A stretch of 64,000 nt of DNA. It comes from an uncultured virus (IMG/VR IMGVR_UViG_3300020379_000594). Lineage: Duplodnaviria > Heunggongvirae > Uroviricota > Caudoviricetes. The notes below the pieces were generated by a model that saw nothing but the letters and a program-made list of their open reading frames with translations, made no database searches and was not told where the DNA came from. Below are positions 1 to 9,684 of this stretch, one piece after another; position 1 is the stretch's first letter; each line of letters opens with the position of its first letter. The stretch lies in the IMG/VR virus record IMGVR_UViG_3300020379_000594. One strand, written 5' to 3'. Both the position numbers and the translations under genes were made by a program.

Positions 1-5
1 CTTAT

Positions 6-3000
6 GTGGCAATCGAAAACCACACGTCAACAGCAAGCGTCAGTGACTTTTACGCCAACGACCTTTCCAAATGGAACGTCCATATTGAAGGTCTAGAACA
101 AAAAGGACAGTGGCAAGCTGGAGTTTACTATCGTATCAACGATCTAGTAAAATTTGGTAACGTTGTCTACAGAGTAACCACTGCTCACACATCAGAAGGA
201 ACTTTCATCGATGCGACGAAAGTATCGGAATATGTAAAAGGATTCCAAAACGAAGGTGAGTGGGATCAGAACAATGAATACCAATCAGGTGACGTTGTAA
301 ACTACAACGGTTCATCTTATGTTGCGTTAACCACATCACTTGCTGGTTTCCAACCTCCACAGTATTTGGGTGTTTCTACAGACCCAGCTGCAAAATGGAG
401 TATCTTATCTGATGGTCTTGCTGGTGCGGCTTCAACTTACCTCGAAGGTACTTACTACAGAGGAGACTTAGTTCAGTATGGTGGTAATATTTACCGTCAT
501 AAACTGGGTATTACAACTAACGTTTCTCCATTACAGGTTGGTTTAGGATCAATCTTCCCCGAAGGATATCAGGGCGGTCAAGTATGGGATTTACTTGTCA
601 AAGGATTTGATTTCAAAGGCGGTTTCTCCACGACCTTTAACTACCATCCAGGCCACGTTGCAAGATACGGTTCAGATTCATACGTTTCTGTTGGTAACTC
701 TCATAAGAATGTTATTCCTATTGCTGGAATCGGAACATTCTGGGAAGTACTTGCATCAGGAGATTCATCCGCTGCTCTTAACACCAAGGGTGACTTACTT
801 ACATACAACTCAGGTAACGTAAGAATCGGTATCGGTTCTACTGGTTACGCACTTGCAGTTCAGTCAAATGGATTACCTGGCTACGAGATTGTAGGTAACC
901 AAACTAGAATTTACTACGTTGACTCCGAAGACGGATTAGACACATATAACGGTCTTGCACCTAACTTGGCGTTCAAGACTATCAAGAAGGCTTGCGAGGC
1001 TGCTCGTCCTAAGACAGATATCACCAATATGGTGTATACCGCTTCCACTGGTGTGGCAACGGTTACTGCGCCTGGTCACGGTCTGTTAAACACTGGTACG
1101 TTCGTTCAGTTACAAGACATCGAGTTTGAGTGTCTATCTGGAGGTAACGTATTTACTGTCTTGGGTATGACCTATAACAAGGCAGTTGGTCTTGCGACTA
1201 TTACTGCTATTGGTCTTGGTGCTGCTCCCGAAGTTGGAATTGGTGCAACAGTTAGAATCAGAAACTTAAGTGTCCAATACCAAGGTTCCGCACAGTTCGC
1301 CCATACATTCCAGAGTGCATTAGCAAATGCTATTCAGTCTGGTGGTGACTATTCTCACACATTTAACAGTTGCGCTCCAAACGGAGTTCAAGTTGTTGGT
1401 GGATCAGCTGTAACACCTACAAGTGCTACATACGATCCTTCAAATGGTAACTTTATAATGACCCTTACTGGTCATAGTTTATCAACTTCCGATAAGGTTA
1501 CTATTGCTGATAACGCATTTACGTTCACCTGTACGATGAACAACAATGGTTCTCAGAAGACATATCCTAGACCTGGCAAAGACCCTGCACAAGGACAACA
1601 GTTAAGTATTACAGGTACAACAACTGATACATTTACTGTAAACGTTGGACCTTCTCCAATCGTCAACCATCAACCATCTGCGGTTTCCTATAACCAAGCA
1701 ACTGGTGACATGGTTTGCACAATCGGTGCTCACGCATTAACAGTTGGTACTTCTGTAAGATTAGAAACAGATGGTATGACATTCCGTTGCTCAATGGACG
1801 GATATACAACTGATCACTCTTATCCTCGTGCTGTTGCTGGAGACGGAAACCCTGACCCTGCATACAATACAGCTCTTAACATTACCGCTGTTACAACCAA
1901 CACAATTACAATTAACGTTGGTACTGCGTCTGATGACCAGACAATCACTGGTAAGTTCCCTGCTGTACATACTCAAGGTACTTATGAATTCCTTGTACAG
2001 GCTGTACCCGACTCTAACTCAATCACTCTTAACGTAGGTGTTTCAACTACTGATTACCTCTATGTTTCTGGTGGTACTGCGTTCGTTGGTCTAACAACTA
2101 CTATCTACCCAGATAAAGTTGCTAAGTCTTACTACGAAGTTCTTGAAGTTCCTGATGTTGACAACTTTAAGGTCAACGTTGGTATCTCAACTATCAACCA
2201 CACATACGTTGAAGGTGGTAAGGTAACAGACCTAACACCTGCTATCTTGAAACTGTCTGCGTCTCAGTTCTATGAACAGTTACCAGTTACAGTTCCTCCT
2301 TTCACTTCGATTGTTGGTAACGCACTTAGAGGTTCTCAGGTTCTACCTAAAGATGGAACATCTGATGACTCTGTGACTCCTAACAACAGAAGTCACATGT
2401 TCAAGATGTCTGATGCAACAACTATTCAGGCAATCTCCATGAAAGGAATGGAAGGATTCTACTATGATCCTAACGCTCCTTTACAGTTAGACAATGCAAA
2501 CTTAAGAACTGGTATCGGTACAACTGCTGCTGGTGTGTTCATCTCCTTGAACCCAGATTCACCTATCGATAACAAGTCACCTTACGTTAAGGACTGTACT
2601 TGTTTCTCTGACCCTGCAACAGAAAGTGGCAGATTCGGTGGTGGTGGTGTTGGTGTATTCATCGATGGTGGTGTACACGACACTGGTGCAAAATCAATGG
2701 TGTTCGATGCGTTCACGCACGTTGCATCTGATGGTGCTGGTTACATTCTTGATAAGGGTGCAATCGCTGAAATCGTTTCCTGTTTCACATACTACGCTAA
2801 GTGGGGTTACTACTCAGGTGGTGGATCAAGAATCAGGGGTGTTGGTGGAAACAACTCTTACGGAGACTACGGTGTTATCTCATCTGGTTTCTCAACTGAT
2901 GAAGTTCCAAGAACTGCACAAGTCTTCGGTGACATGATGGAAGTTCAAGGTACAACTAAGGCTGGAACAGTTTCAGTTGGTGCTACCATGTTCGGACAAA

Positions 3001-4337
3001 CATCTAAGGCAACTGCATGGTTCTTGAACGATCAGATTTCTGCTGATAAGATTTACTTCAAGTATCAGTCTGGTTACGGTAACGCTGGTATCGGTACAAC
3101 TGGATTCGTAGACGGTGAAATCGTCTGGTTCGGTGCTGGTGCAGAACAGAGTTCTGGTATCGGTTCGATCACAGTTGGTGCGGCTGCATCTTCCACAACT
3201 GGACAAAAAGGTACAATTCTAGAAGTTGACCAAACATCTGGAACACTTCTAATCGGTGATGCTATTGGATTCCAAACATCACTATATGGTGCAGATGATA
3301 GATTCTACATCATTAACACAATTACGGGCGTATCCGTCGCATCCACTTTCTTTGAGTGGCAGGCAGGATCGGGTGCTGGACAACAAGTTGTCTACAATAA
3401 TCGTGCAACTCTGACAATCTCTCCTGAGAAATCAAGAGGAACATGGGATACTAGAAACTTAGGTTCTGGTCAAGGATCTGATATTCAAATCAGAACACTG
3501 TTCTCACAGGCAAGACTAACAGGACATGACTTCCTCGCAGTTGGTACTGGTAACAAGACTGAAACTGGATATCCAAACGTCAACTTGGCGAACGTTATCC
3601 AAGGTCAAGAAACTAACGTGTTCGGACCTGGTAAGGTGTTCTTCGTATCTACCGACCAAGGTGGTAACTTCCGAGTTGGAGACTTCTTCTCCGTTGACCA
3701 GTTGACTGGTCGTGCTACATTGGATGCTTCCGCGTTCAACCTTTCTGGTTTGACAGAATTGAGACTTGGTGCGATTGGTGGTCAGGTTGGTGAGGCGATC
3801 AACGAATTCTCCTCTGACGAGACACTCGCTGGTAACTCTAACACTGCATGTCCTACAGAATTTGCGGTTAAGGGATTCTTAACTCGCGGTTCAATGGGTA
3901 TCAAGGCAATGACACCTCCTGTTGGTACAACTGCTCAAAGACCAGGCGGTATCGACGACGAGTTCAACACTGGTGCGTTGAGATTCAACACTACCTTGGG
4001 TGCTCTTGAGTACTACAACGGTACTTCATGGATTCAGCCTGGTGTTAAGACATACAGTACAGTTTCCTCAAGTACATCTGTAACTTCTGGAGTTACATAC
4101 TTTGTTAACACAGGTGGTGGTCAGGTTACATTGACCTTGCCTGCATCACCTAACTTGGGTGACGAAATTACTTTCATGGACGTTGCGAAGACATTTGATT
4201 CTAACGCACTTGTATGTGGAAGAAACGGTAGACCAATTCAAGGTGACAATGCTGACTTGACAGTTTCAACTGAAGGTGCTGCATTTACCCTCGTTTACTC
4301 TGGTTCTACATACGGTTGGAGAATCTTCTCCATCTAA
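6..4337 (+). CDS. Large repeat-rich virion structural / tail-fibre protein, probably 5'-truncated by the window edge
   Basis: 1443 aa, Gly/Thr-rich. About five N-terminal GxWxxxxxYxxxDxVxYxGxxY repeats and internal Y..xTG...H.L..G..V...FxCxM...YPR...DPA...ITVNVG repeats; 'YYVDSEDG..NG.APNLAFKTIKKA' motif. C-terminus 'LTLPASPNLGDEITFMD...LVYSGSTYGW' is typical of T4-like fibre/baseplate modules. The frame is open upstream (TAT GTG). Confidence 0.7.
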   Translation: MAIENHTSTASVSDFYANDLSKWNVHIEGLEQKGQWQAGVYYRINDLVKFGNVVYRVTTAHTSEGTFIDATKVSEYVKGFQNEGEWDQNNEYQSGDVVNYNGSSYVALTTSLAGFQPPQYLGVSTDPAAKWSILSDGLAGAASTYLEGTYYRGDLVQYGGNIYRHKLGITTNVSPLQVGLGSIFPEGYQGGQVWDLLVKGFDFKGGFSTTFNYHPGHVARYGSDSYVSVGNSHKNVIPIAGIGTFWEVLASGDSSAALNTKGDLLTYNSGNVRIGIGSTGYALAVQSNGLPGYEIVGNQTRIYYVDSEDGLDTYNGLAPNLAFKTIKKACEAARPKTDITNMVYTASTGVATVTAPGHGLLNTGTFVQLQDIEFECLSGGNVFTVLGMTYNKAVGLATITAIGLGAAPEVGIGATVRIRNLSVQYQGSAQFAHTFQSALANAIQSGGDYSHTFNSCAPNGVQVVGGSAVTPTSATYDPSNGNFIMTLTGHSLSTSDKVTIADNAFTFTCTMNNNGSQKTYPRPGKDPAQGQQLSITGTTTDTFTVNVGPSPIVNHQPSAVSYNQATGDMVCTIGAHALTVGTSVRLETDGMTFRCSMDGYTTDHSYPRAVAGDGNPDPAYNTALNITAVTTNTITINVGTASDDQTITGKFPAVHTQGTYEFLVQAVPDSNSITLNVGVSTTDYLYVSGGTAFVGLTTTIYPDKVAKSYYEVLEVPDVDNFKVNVGISTINHTYVEGGKVTDLTPAILKLSASQFYEQLPVTVPPFTSIVGNALRGSQVLPKDGTSDDSVTPNNRSHMFKMSDATTIQAISMKGMEGFYYDPNAPLQLDNANLRTGIGTTAAGVFISLNPDSPIDNKSPYVKDCTCFSDPATESGRFGGGGVGVFIDGGVHDTGAKSMVFDAFTHVASDGAGYILDKGAIAEIVSCFTYYAKWGYYSGGGSRIRGVGGNNSYGDYGVISSGFSTDEVPRTAQVFGDMMEVQGTTKAGTVSVGATMFGQTSKATAWFLNDQISADKIYFKYQSGYGNAGIGTTGFVDGEIVWFGAGAEQSSGIGSITVGAAASSTTGQKGTILEVDQTSGTLLIGDAIGFQTSLYGADDRFYIINTITGVSVASTFFEWQAGSGAGQQVVYNNRATLTISPEKSRGTWDTRNLGSGQGSDIQIRTLFSQARLTGHDFLAVGTGNKTETGYPNVNLANVIQGQETNVFGPGKVFFVSTDQGGNFRVGDFFSVDQLTGRATLDASAFNLSGLTELRLGAIGGQVGEAINEFSSDETLAGNSNTACPTEFAVKGFLTRGSMGIKAMTPPVGTTAQRPGGIDDEFNTGALRFNTTLGALEYYNGTSWIQPGVKTYSTVSSSTSVTSGVTYFVNTGGGQVTLTLPASPNLGDEITFMDVAKTFDSNALVCGRNGRPIQGDNADLTVSTEGAAFTLVYSGSTYGWRIFSI

Positions 4338-4388
4338 TTTGAGATCCTTTATATCATGTTTTTATTCAACCCCTCTTAAGGATCGTAA

Positions 4389-5174
4389 ATGGCCAACTAT
4401 AGATCATATAGAAAAGTAAGATCAGACCAAATAACTTCGGGATCCATCGGAATCTCGAAGTTAGCGTCGGGTGTGACCCCTGATTATTGTGTCAAGATGT
4501 TCTACGGACATCCATGTTATTGCACACCAGGCTGTTGTTGCAACTGGCAAGTCCCATCTGGTGTAGGTAAGTTAACTATCGAACTCTGGGGTGCTGGAGG
4601 TAACGGTAATGGGTTCTGCTCATGTAACCGTTGTCAACACTTCCAAGCTCCTTCTGGAGGTACATATAATACTAAGACAATTAGTACCGCTGCTGGTTGT
4701 CAATATACTGTATGTGCTGGTGGAGTTTATCGTTGCTGTTCAAGAGAATGTAACGGATGTCAAGGTTGTACCTCATATGTAAATGGATACAACTTATCTA
4801 ACTTCTGTGCTATTGGTGGTGCAAGAGGTTGTGCGAACCCCGACTGGACAGTTAGATGTACATCTAGACACTTCTGTTGTGTATCGCCTGGAACATGGGG
4901 TGGAGATTTCGCAATGTCTCCTCACCAAAAAGGTTGGTCAGGTCACTGGAACTGTCACTGTACTGGTGCGGTTACAAACACAATGTCATCAGGTGCTCCA
5001 TTCTTAACATCGGAAGGTGTTGAGACTATGGCTGAACAGTGTTGGTCACGTTGTGGTTGTTGGACTGCTCCTTATGCAACAGGTGGTCAAAGTGCTATGA
5101 CTACATACTGTGGTCGTTGTTGTGGTCAGGGCGGTCAAGGCGGCTCTGGTGTTGTAAGAATCACTTACGTCTAG
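4389..5174 (+). CDS. Cys/Gly-rich protein, paralogue 1 (putative fibre tip/adhesin)
   Basis: 261 aa, 29 Cys by hand count; WGAGGNG and C-terminal GGQGGSGVVRITY glycine-rich motifs; directly follows the fibre gene. Confidence 0.6.
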   Translation: MANYRSYRKVRSDQITSGSIGISKLASGVTPDYCVKMFYGHPCYCTPGCCCNWQVPSGVGKLTIELWGAGGNGNGFCSCNRCQHFQAPSGGTYNTKTISTAAGCQYTVCAGGVYRCCSRECNGCQGCTSYVNGYNLSNFCAIGGARGCANPDWTVRCTSRHFCCVSPGTWGGDFAMSPHQKGWSGHWNCHCTGAVTNTMSSGAPFLTSEGVETMAEQCWSRCGCWTAPYATGGQSAMTTYCGRCCGQGGQGGSGVVRITYV

Positions 5175-5187
5175 GAATTAAACAGAA

Positions 5188-5982
5188 ATGGCAAGTTATT
5201 CATCATACAAAAAAATTAATGGAGATCAATTAGAGGATAATATCCTCAGTGCTACTAGTTTTAGTGGATCTCCGAACTGTACCTACGGCGTAAAATGGGT
5301 ATTCGGTACAATGTGCCGTTGCTCGCCAGGTTGTTGCTGCAACTGGTCAGTACCAACAGGTGTGAACAACATGTGGGTTCAGGCCTGGGGTGCTGGAGGA
5401 AATGGTACTGGTGCATGTTCATGTAACAGATGCCAACACTTCCAATCTGGTGGTGGAGGATACTATAACTCCAAAATGATTACAACCAATAGTAATTGTG
5501 GATATAGTATCTGTGCTGCTGGTGTTTTCCCATGTCTCTCTAGAGAGTGTTATGGTTGTATAGGTTGTTCATCCTATGTAAATGGATACAACTTATCTAA
5601 CTTCTGTGCTATCGGAGGATGTAGAGGTAACGCTAACCCAAGTTGGACAACCTCTTGTCAATCAATTAACACATGTTGTAGAGGTCCCAGTACAAACGGA
5701 GGAGACTTCGGAATTGGTAACCACGGTTCTATCTGGTCTGTATCTAGACACGATACCTACAGAGGTTGGTGTCACTGTTATCACTACGGTCAGAGACCTA
5801 CTTCTGCACCGTTGATTGGTACACAGGTTACTCAGTCTATCCGAGAATGTTGGGTTCGTTGTGGTTGCTGGATCGTACCTTACGGTCACGGCGGACAAAG
5901 TGCTATGTCTACATATTGTGGTAGATGTTGCGGTCAGGGTGGTACTGGCGGTGGCGGACTTGTCAAAATTACATACTTCTAA
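5188..5982 (+). CDS. Cys/Gly-rich protein, paralogue 2
   Basis: 264 aa, 28 Cys; colinear with paralogues 1 and 3 (PGCCCNW, CSCNRCQ, SYVNGYNLSNFCA, YCGRCCGQGG). Confidence 0.6.
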   Translation: MASYSSYKKINGDQLEDNILSATSFSGSPNCTYGVKWVFGTMCRCSPGCCCNWSVPTGVNNMWVQAWGAGGNGTGACSCNRCQHFQSGGGGYYNSKMITTNSNCGYSICAAGVFPCLSRECYGCIGCSSYVNGYNLSNFCAIGGCRGNANPSWTTSCQSINTCCRGPSTNGGDFGIGNHGSIWSVSRHDTYRGWCHCYHYGQRPTSAPLIGTQVTQSIRECWVRCGCWIVPYGHGGQSAMSTYCGRCCGQGGTGGGGLVKITYF

Positions 5983-5991
5983 GGGGAAGAA

Positions 5992-6780
5992 ATGGCTACT
6001 TATTCAAGTTATAAAAAAGTTACTAACGAGAGAATTATTGATTCAACGATCGGTAGTTCAAAAGTTCAAGCTGGTTCATTCTCTAACTGGTGTGTAAAAT
6101 GGGTGTATGGTCATCCATGTTATTGCACACCTGGCTGTTGTTGCAACTGGCAAGTTCCAACTGGAGTAACAAGAATCACTTGGGAAATCTGGGGTTCTGG
6201 GGGAAATGGACACGGTGCGTGTTCATGTAACAGATGTCAAAACTGGCATGGTGCTGGTGGTGGATACTACAATACTAAAACTATTAGTACAACTGCTGGA
6301 TGTTCATACACTGTATGTGCTGCTGGTGTTTACCGTTGTTGTTCTAGAGAGTGTACAGGGTGTTGCGGATGTAACTCCTATGTAAATGGATATAACCTCT
6401 CTAACTTCTGTGCCTTAGGTGGTACTAGAGGTTGTGCAACTGGTGACTGGTCTGCAAACTGTTATTCAGAATTCCATACTTGCTGTATGCAACCTGGCGC
6501 TCACGGAGGAGACTTCGGAATGGGTAACCACGGTGGTAACTCATACAGACCTGACGGATTCAACTGTCACTGTTTCTATAATGAAGGATTACCAACAGGT
6601 GCTCCATTCATCGGAACTCTTGGTGTTTCATACGGACAAAGACAGTGTTGGATGCGTTGTGGTTGCTGGACAGTTCCATACGGACACGGTGGTCAAGGTG
6701 CAAACAGTAACTACTGTGGTAGGTGTTGTGGACAAGGCGGACAAGGTGGAGGAGGACTCGTTAAGATCACTTACGTCTAA
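5992..6780 (+). CDS. Cys/Gly-rich protein, paralogue 3
   Basis: 262 aa, 30 Cys; same Cys skeleton. Confidence 0.6.
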   Translation: MATYSSYKKVTNERIIDSTIGSSKVQAGSFSNWCVKWVYGHPCYCTPGCCCNWQVPTGVTRITWEIWGSGGNGHGACSCNRCQNWHGAGGGYYNTKTISTTAGCSYTVCAAGVYRCCSRECTGCCGCNSYVNGYNLSNFCALGGTRGCATGDWSANCYSEFHTCCMQPGAHGGDFGMGNHGGNSYRPDGFNCHCFYNEGLPTGAPFIGTLGVSYGQRQCWMRCGCWTVPYGHGGQGANSNYCGRCCGQGGQGGGGLVKITYV

Positions 6781-6800
6781 ACCGAACAAGAAAATTTTTC

Positions 6801-6828
6801 AAAAGGGGGTCATAGACCCTCTTTTTTT
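6801..6828 (+). terminator. Rho-independent terminator after the Cys-rich triplet
   Basis: AAAAGGGGGTC-ATA-GACCCTCTTTTTTT hairpin plus U-tract. Confidence 0.75.
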
Positions 6829-6835
6829 ATAAATA
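6828..6835 (+). promoter_or_regulatory. T4-type late promoter
   Basis: Exact TATAAATA about 35 nt upstream of the ATG at 6868. Confidence 0.7.
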
Positions 6836-6867
6836 GTCCCGAAGGAGTAAACCCGAAGAAATCCAAA

Positions 6868-7653
6868 ATGGCAACAAAAATTATCGAAAGACAGTGGAAG
6901 TTAAATCTTCCGAACGCTTTCCTTTCAGACCACTCTATGTCTGATGGAAACCAGAGAGACCAAACTTATGATGGTCCCGACAAGATTTTTCTGCAAATCA
7001 ATGCAGAAGGAAAAGAGGTATACGGACCTCTCACAGAAGATGACATCGCAGATGGTCGTCCAAAACCAGCTGACGTAGTTCAGTGGTATGAAGTTGATTG
7101 TGCTAGATCTGATCTACACACACTCATCTGTCAGTTAAGAGGACCCGTTGTAAACGAGAAAGAAGAAGACAGAGGTGCTGGTACAGATCTCAACCATCCT
7201 GGCTCTCCAGATGTAGATGGAGGTGTGTATCCTCAGTTCACATATTCTTCAACACTCTTCCCTGATGACATCTACAACTGGGATACTATCAGAGTTGCAA
7301 ATCCTGGCAGTGCTGGACCTGATGACATTACTATCGGTCAATTCACTCCTAGAGAGAAGTTAAACGGTACTGATGAGGACAAGACATGGGAACATGTCAG
7401 AAAGCATAGAGACAGTGTTCTTTCTAATAGTGACGGCCAGATTGCAGAAGATATGCCCGATGCACTTAAAGATCAGTGGAAAGCATACCGTCAGTCATTG
7501 AGAGATCTTCCTAACAAAATGATTGCTGCTGGCGTTCATCCTAACTTCGCTGACTTGATGTTCCCCTTTGAGCCTGGATTCCAAAATCCTCCTCACCAAG
7601 GAGACCCTGATTCAGAAACTGGACAAGCATGGGAACCACCTAATTCTATCTAA
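6868..7653 (+). CDS. Phage tail fibre assembly chaperone-like protein
   Basis: C-terminal WEHVRKHRDSVLSNSD...WKAYRQSLRDLP matches the tail assembly chaperone motif (R..Rn.lL..sD...w..YRqaLRDlp). Confidence 0.7.
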   Translation: MATKIIERQWKLNLPNAFLSDHSMSDGNQRDQTYDGPDKIFLQINAEGKEVYGPLTEDDIADGRPKPADVVQWYEVDCARSDLHTLICQLRGPVVNEKEEDRGAGTDLNHPGSPDVDGGVYPQFTYSSTLFPDDIYNWDTIRVANPGSAGPDDITIGQFTPREKLNGTDEDKTWEHVRKHRDSVLSNSDGQIAEDMPDALKDQWKAYRQSLRDLPNKMIAAGVHPNFADLMFPFEPGFQNPPHQGDPDSETGQAWEPPNSI

Positions 7654-7681
7654 ATTAGTTTTATATATAAATTACATCACT

Positions 7682-7710
7682 AAGATCCTCCTAATAAGGG
7701 GATCTTTTTT
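7682..7710 (+). terminator. Rho-independent terminator
   Basis: AAGATCCTC-CTAATAA-GGGGATCTT followed by a T-run. Confidence 0.65.
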
Positions 7711-7715
7711 ATTAC

Positions 7716-8375
7716 ATGTTTGAAGTAAATCCAGTCACAATTACTGAAATAAAAAGATGCTACGACTACGACAGATATAATGACTCTGGTTACAAGTGGA
7801 GAAAGGTATTTGTAGTAGATGATTTCTACAAAAATCCTGATGAAGTCAGGGATTATGCGTTATCGTGTGATAGAAAAAGTGACAAAGAACATTGTGGCGG
7901 TCTTATAGGAACGAGAGTTGTTGAAGATAGGCCAGACATGGTTGAGAATCTGAAACCAGTTTTCAAAGAACTCTGCCAACATCCAGAGTGGACAAATCTG
8001 CAATTTAGTGAGGGAATGTTTGATTATAGATGGGACAGTCAAAAGTTCTGGGTCAATCATACAACTAATAAAGATATAAACGAAAGATTCAATAAAACAG
8101 TTTATTGTTTTACTCACCATAAAGATGCAGATTCCAGTTGGGCTGCTCTAGTTTATCTGAACAAGGATGAGGAATCTGAGGGAGGAACAGATTTTTACAA
8201 ATATATGGAAGATCATGCTTATGGGGATTACAACATAAGAAATGATATAACATTTACATGTCCAATGAAATATAATAGAATGGTAATGTATGAAGCTGAA
8301 TGTACCCACGGAGCAGACATAAATCGAAAGATGTTCAAGGAATATCCTCGTCTGGCACAGGTATTTTTTATGTGA
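7716..8375 (+). CDS. DUF6445-like / 2OG-Fe(II) oxygenase-fold protein
   Basis: VVDDFYKNPDEVR, HKD...WAALVYLN...GGTDFY...YNRMVMY...H...RLAQVFF; carries the HxD...H...R ligands. Confidence 0.6.
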   Translation: MFEVNPVTITEIKRCYDYDRYNDSGYKWRKVFVVDDFYKNPDEVRDYALSCDRKSDKEHCGGLIGTRVVEDRPDMVENLKPVFKELCQHPEWTNLQFSEGMFDYRWDSQKFWVNHTTNKDINERFNKTVYCFTHHKDADSSWAALVYLNKDEESEGGTDFYKYMEDHAYGDYNIRNDITFTCPMKYNRMVMYEAECTHGADINRKMFKEYPRLAQVFFM

Positions 8376-8393
8376 CTATATACTATAGGAATT

Positions 8394-9680
8394 ATGAGAA
8401 CTATGAGATCAAAAGCATTCTTCGTCAATGGTGGGGCAGGGAGAGTAATAAGTTCAATACCAGCATTTGAAAAATATGCAGAAACTCATGATGATTTTGT
8501 CATCATTTGTGAAGGTGGTACTGATTTCTTCAAAGGGCATCCTACATTAGATAGTAGGGTTTACGACCACTGGCATAAAGGAGTATTCCAAGAACACGTT
8601 AAACAAAGGGATTGCGAGAGTCCAGAACCATACAGAGTATGGCACTATTACAATCAGAAGTGCAATCTAGCACAAGCATATGATATGGAAATCAATGGGT
8701 TAGAAGAACCCAGAGAACTTCCTAAACCTACAATTCATCTCAATAAAACAGAGAGTATTGCTGCCTATAATATCGTTGAAGAAATCAAATCTGTTACTAA
8801 AAAAGACAAAGTAATTGTTGTTCAACCTTTTGGTAGATCTGTTGAACAGATGGGAGAGTTTATTGCAGATCCAACTTCCAGAAGTATGGCTCTTACAGGA
8901 GTTGTAGATATCATCAACGCTCTTAAGAAAGACTATGGAGTGATTGTGATGAGTGAGATTCATTTCCCAACCGAGGAAAATGAAGACAAATATCCTATTG
9001 CTAGACCTCAAATTTCAGATATGAGAGTTTGGGCTGGTGTGATTGAGATTGCTGATCACTTCTTAGGATGTGACAGTATGGGTCAACACATTGCAAGAGC
9101 ATTTGATAAGACTGCAACTGTTGTGATTGGTTCAACATACCCAGAGAACATTAGTTATCCAGGCCACAAGGACTTTGATATTATTGATGTGGGAGATGGT
9201 CGTAGAGAGTATGCTCCTATCAGAATTGCAATGGATGAGAGAGTAGATCGTTTCAATGATGAAGCGATGGAACTAAGTAAGAAACAGATTGATGAAATCA
9301 TTGCATCTTGTAAGAAGAGATTAGGTAAACCAAAATCATATACTGGTACTTACGTTCCCCCACAACAGCAGGGACAATCTTGTTCACCTCAACAACAAGC
9401 ACCAACGCAACCACAGATGGGACAAGGAATTGCATCACCAATGCAATCAGGTTTAAATAACTTAATTCCAAATCAGGGACAATCTTGTTCACCTCCAAAT
9501 TGGAATCCTTCTGCAACACAAACAACTAATCCTTTGATGAGTGGTGCTCCTAAACCTACCTTTACTATGGAACCACAAAAACCAAAAAAACCAAAGAATA
9601 AGAAAGGTTTCCAATCTGAAATTAAAAATCTGTTAAAATCCGATAAAGATAACGCAATTACTATAGAAAAGAAAGATTGA
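8394..9680 (+). CDS. GT9-like (ADP-heptose heptosyltransferase-type) glycosyltransferase with a Q/P/K-rich tail
   Basis: GGAGRVISSIP and ADHFLGCDSMGQHIARAFDKTATVVIGST resemble the GT9 'DSG..H.A.A....v.lfG.T' motif; about 110 aa low-complexity C-terminus. Confidence 0.65.
   Translation: MRTMRSKAFFVNGGAGRVISSIPAFEKYAETHDDFVIICEGGTDFFKGHPTLDSRVYDHWHKGVFQEHVKQRDCESPEPYRVWHYYNQKCNLAQAYDMEINGLEEPRELPKPTIHLNKTESIAAYNIVEEIKSVTKKDKVIVVQPFGRSVEQMGEFIADPTSRSMALTGVVDIINALKKDYGVIVMSEIHFPTEENEDKYPIARPQISDMRVWAGVIEIADHFLGCDSMGQHIARAFDKTATVVIGSTYPENISYPGHKDFDIIDVGDGRREYAPIRIAMDERVDRFNDEAMELSKKQIDEIIASCKKRLGKPKSYTGTYVPPQQQGQSCSPQQQAPTQPQMGQGIASPMQSGLNNLIPNQGQSCSPPNWNPSATQTTNPLMSGAPKPTFTMEPQKPKKPKNKKGFQSEIKNLLKSDKDNAITIEKKD
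9369..9495 (+). repeat. 22-bp exact direct repeat encoding QGQSCSP
   Basis: CAGGGACAATCTTGTTCACCTC at 9369-9390 and 9474-9495. Confidence 0.85.
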
Positions 9681-9684
9681 GATT

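Noticed and set aside
4389..6780. Diversity-generating retroelement or CRISPR-like array in the repeated Cys-rich genes
   Set aside because: No reverse transcriptase, no adenine-specific TR/VR mismatch pattern and no repeat-spacer periodicity; these are coding paralogues
4389..6780. Stop-codon recoding or selenoproteins explaining the Cys-rich ORFs
   Set aside because: Cys codons are ordinary TGT/TGC, and ORFs across the window end normally at TAA, TAG and TGA
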